Source of the DNA: Antedon mediterranea
Lineage: Eukaryota; Animalia; Echinodermata
Reading direction: 5' to 3'
NCBI RefSeq assembly: GCF_964355755.1
Contig: NC_092680.1
Span: forward strand, 15,633,045-15,697,044
DNA length: 64,000 nt
Part shown: positions 60,810-64,000 of the stretch, in pieces
Layout of the letters: the number at the start of each line of letters is the position of its first letter
Numbering within the stretch: the first letter of the stretch is position 1
Notes under the pieces: model-generated
Told to the model about the DNA's origin: nothing
Seen by the model: the letters and a program-made list of their open reading frames with translations, nothing else
Databases searched by the model: none
Position numbers and translations under genes: made by a program

Positions 60810-61063
60810 AAGCGTTGTCCGTTTGCAAAAATATGTTGTTCGCGTAAAAGTAGGTTGTTCGTTTTTTAAAGTACGTTGTTTGTTTTACATTAGTTCGTTT
60901 GTTTGTGAAAGTAGGTTGTTCGTTTGTGAAAGTACATTCTTTGTTTTAATTTAGATCGTTCGTTTGTGAAAGTAGGTTGTTCGTTTGTGAAAGTAGGTTG
61001 TTCGTTTGTGAAAGTACGTTGTTTGTTTTACTTTTGTATTTTTGGCGGCGATTGCCTTCCATA
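60810..61063. mobile_element. Transposon end with 21-bp subterminal repeats and a ..TTCCATA terminus
   Basis: gttgttcgtttgtgaaagtag repeats ending in ggcggcgattgccttccata. Confidence 0.6.
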
Positions 61064-64000
61064 GTATGGTAAGTGTTATTGAAAGAACCACAAAACAGAC
61101 TAAAATGATCTAAGCTTATACCAATTTACATTGACAGTTTATCTTTCAAGGTCTTGGTTTGGTTTGAGTGGATCTTGGTACAATCTAAATTTAGGCAGAG
61201 AACAGCTGTTGATCAAGTAAAACTCCTATCTAAAAATTGTCTTGTCCCTTTATTTAACTTTCAAGAGGAAAGGGAAAATGTACAAAGTCTATAGTACAGT
61301 ACAGTACTGTATATCAAAGTCTTGAGATATTAAATAATCGTTCCCTTGAATACAATACAAACAATTACAAAACAATTTACTTTTTGATGTACAGTAATAC
61401 ATTTATTTTCACAAGGATGTTATGGTCAAATTGCTTCCAATGTTATTTGGCCAATCATAACCATGATGGATCATGTGATTGGTAAATGTGGAAAACAAAT
61501 TTAAATAAAGATGGTGTTTCCACTGTTTGAAACATGCTTTCCCTAAATGTGATTAGGGGAATAAAAATTGGTCTGCTTTTATTAACTTACAAATTAAGTT
61601 TCAGAAGGAGGTCATTGTTCAGTTTTCTATAAATATGTACATCTTTATAATATATTTAACAGAATTGCATTTCATTCTACTGTATATTTAAATTACATAC
61701 AGTACTGTACTGTATATGTTGTTTTAATCATTAATTCATTCTCCTTTATGTGTTTGAGATTATAAATAAAAAGAAAGCTATTTTACCAGTGCCTGACTGG
61801 CCGTGTTCATGTCAGTCACATATGTACATTCAAGATTCAAGATTCAAGAAATTTTATTTGTCCATAAAAATGGAAATTCACTTTGCTTGGTAGATTAAAA
61901 CAACAATAATTGCAACAATTGAAAAACGTGCAGTATTATAACAGATTAAAAATACAAGATAAAAAGTTAAAAATACTGTACATTTCTGTTTTGACGTAGT
62001 TTCTCATATTTATGTTTTCTTAGTTGTAAACCTCTGTTATGGTACAGAATTATCTATGTAATTGAGAATGATGATTTGTGATGGGCAAACAAGGCTACCA
62101 CAGAGTTGGGTGAGAAGGTACCCTGTGACTCTAAGCCAAGATCGCCATTTAATTCGTAAAGTAGATATTGAACTTGTCTAGCGATGTATTTACAGTGCCC
62201 AGTATGACCAGACAAACTAAATGACATAATAGTTAATAGTCACACTGAGAAATAACAGCAGACTGGACAGTAGGCCGTCCATGCTAGCCACATACTGGTC
62301 AGAATTGAAACATGTTGCACTGTCGTAAGCATTCCTTAAGCTCAATGGTAGGTGACCAATGTTTGTGGTAAAACTGTTGAGATAAAAGGCATGTATTATT
62401 GACAATGACATTTAAAATTAACATCACATGAGAAATGAAACTGGGTATAAACAATTTTTTCATGCATTTTAACATCATCCAGGGAATAAATATCCTTAGT
62501 CCGTCCCCCACAGAATCTCAGGGGTTTGCACATCATTTTACTTGGGGCTAGGATGTTAATTTTCAGTTTGTTCTGCCTACAGTATGTAGATTACAACAAC
62601 TGTGTAGGGAAGAGGGTTATGAGGTACTGTATTTGTGGGTGGGAGAGGGAGGATGCCTTTTGTACTGTACACAATATTGACCTTACCATTGATTTTATCT
62701 TCACTGACTGTTATTTCTTCATCTTTTAGCTAATGTAGTGTATAGAGGGATATAGAGCACTTGGGTTTAGGCCGCAAGTGTATGTTGTTATTGTACCATA
62801 GGTACCTAAATGTCCATATTGACTGTCACAGCCTAGGGCTTTGTTATAGTAAAATACAAACATACAACTTCCCTGTAAAAACTATGCTTGAAGCTGATTT
62901 ACATTAACAAAATACTTCTTACTCAATCAATAATAACTTACAATAATGATAACATAGCCTCTGTCACAACTAATTACACCCTATCTTAATTATTATTAAG
63001 GTGTGAGGAAATTAAAATTGTAAAATATTGTATATAATCATCTTACTGTATCGTAAACAGGTACGCGGTGAGTGTTTTGAAAGGAGCGGTGAATCGGTCA
63101 CTATAGGTGGAAATGAAATTATTTAGGTTAACTTATCGAAAGGACCTTGGTTTGTGGGTTCCTACCGTGCCGGACCACTTAACAGCAGGCCCTGAAATAT
63201 GACGTGCTTATGAGTGAACTTTACAAGTAAATTGATCATTTATCATTTTATACTGAATCAATATTGACATGTACATCTTAGTCATATTATTCAACCTCAA
63301 CACTTTACCTCTCCAAAGGGTTATTTTTTATTGAGTTGAATTACAATTATACAAATATTATTTTTGTTATACAGTAGTAACCTAATAATATAACTCATCA
63401 TGAATATCTTGCCTAGGGTAAGACCCAAAGGGTATTTCGATGGAATTGTCTGTCATTTTTTATCTTGTATTGGAAACTTTAAGGTAGTTTAAGAGCAGCA
63501 GTTTTGTTTGGAATGGTTAGACCTACAGTAGATATCCATTGCAATTGCATAATTATACAGTTGATGCAAAGATGTAGAGGAGAAGCGTTATGCTCTGCCC
63601 ATTTAAATTTTTGAAAAATTTATGAAAAATATAACTAAAATAAATCATAATTTTCATTTGTAAAAAAAGGAATAAAGAATGCCTATTTCACATGTTGTAA
63701 AATGTTCCTTATTAGCATGGCACCTACAATTTCAATTTTACTCTCATATTTTATTTCATCTCAGATCTCCTCAAAACCAGCCTGAAATGTTGCTCTATAA
63801 AGGGTTAAGGCAGTGGCCGAAATTTAGAAGAAATATTCGCACATCTTTAAAACAAATACTGTGAACACAACTTGTTGTAGTTTTATATAATATCTCTAAT
63901 TAATAATACTGTACTGTACCTTTTTCATACTTATGATACATACATATTTCTTTATATTTTCCCACCCAATCATATTTACTGTACTATTTAGTATACATTA

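Overview
AT-rich, intron-containing animal genomic DNA (invertebrate, plausibly an echinoderm; the taxon is inferred, not shown). Exons were reconstructed by hand from GT-AG boundaries and phase continuity. In order, the genes are: (1) a secreted PHM/PAM-like copper monooxygenase on the minus strand that runs off the left edge, with the CuH His-His pair replaced by Asp-Ala; (2) FAM221B; (3) an intronless cGAS-like receptor (cGLR/Mab21 nucleotidyltransferase) with an intact catalytic signature; (4) Src-family kinase copy A, with degenerate HRD/DFG motifs and a self-nested ~1.07-kb TIR element in its SH2 exon; (5) a decayed duplicate of the FAM221B 3' exons; (6) an STMND1-like gene; (7) Src-family copy B, which lacks SH3, SH2, the catalytic Asp and the tail Tyr; (8) RBM8A/Y14, whose last exon was not found. 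Main finding: an old tandem duplication shows that both Src copies share a homologous TATA promoter, non-coding first exon and kB-like site. The cGLR ORF lies in sense orientation inside intron 1 of copy A with its own splice acceptor, so one promoter may feed either a cGLR or a Src pseudokinase by alternative splicing. Also present are a 6-kb nested foldback/minisatellite complex, a P-like element 60 bp upstream of the RBM8A ATG, P-type excision footprints, Penelope-type minimal hammerhead motifs, SINEs, LINE fragments and MITEs. No database searches could be run, so family calls rest on motifs recognised by eye.
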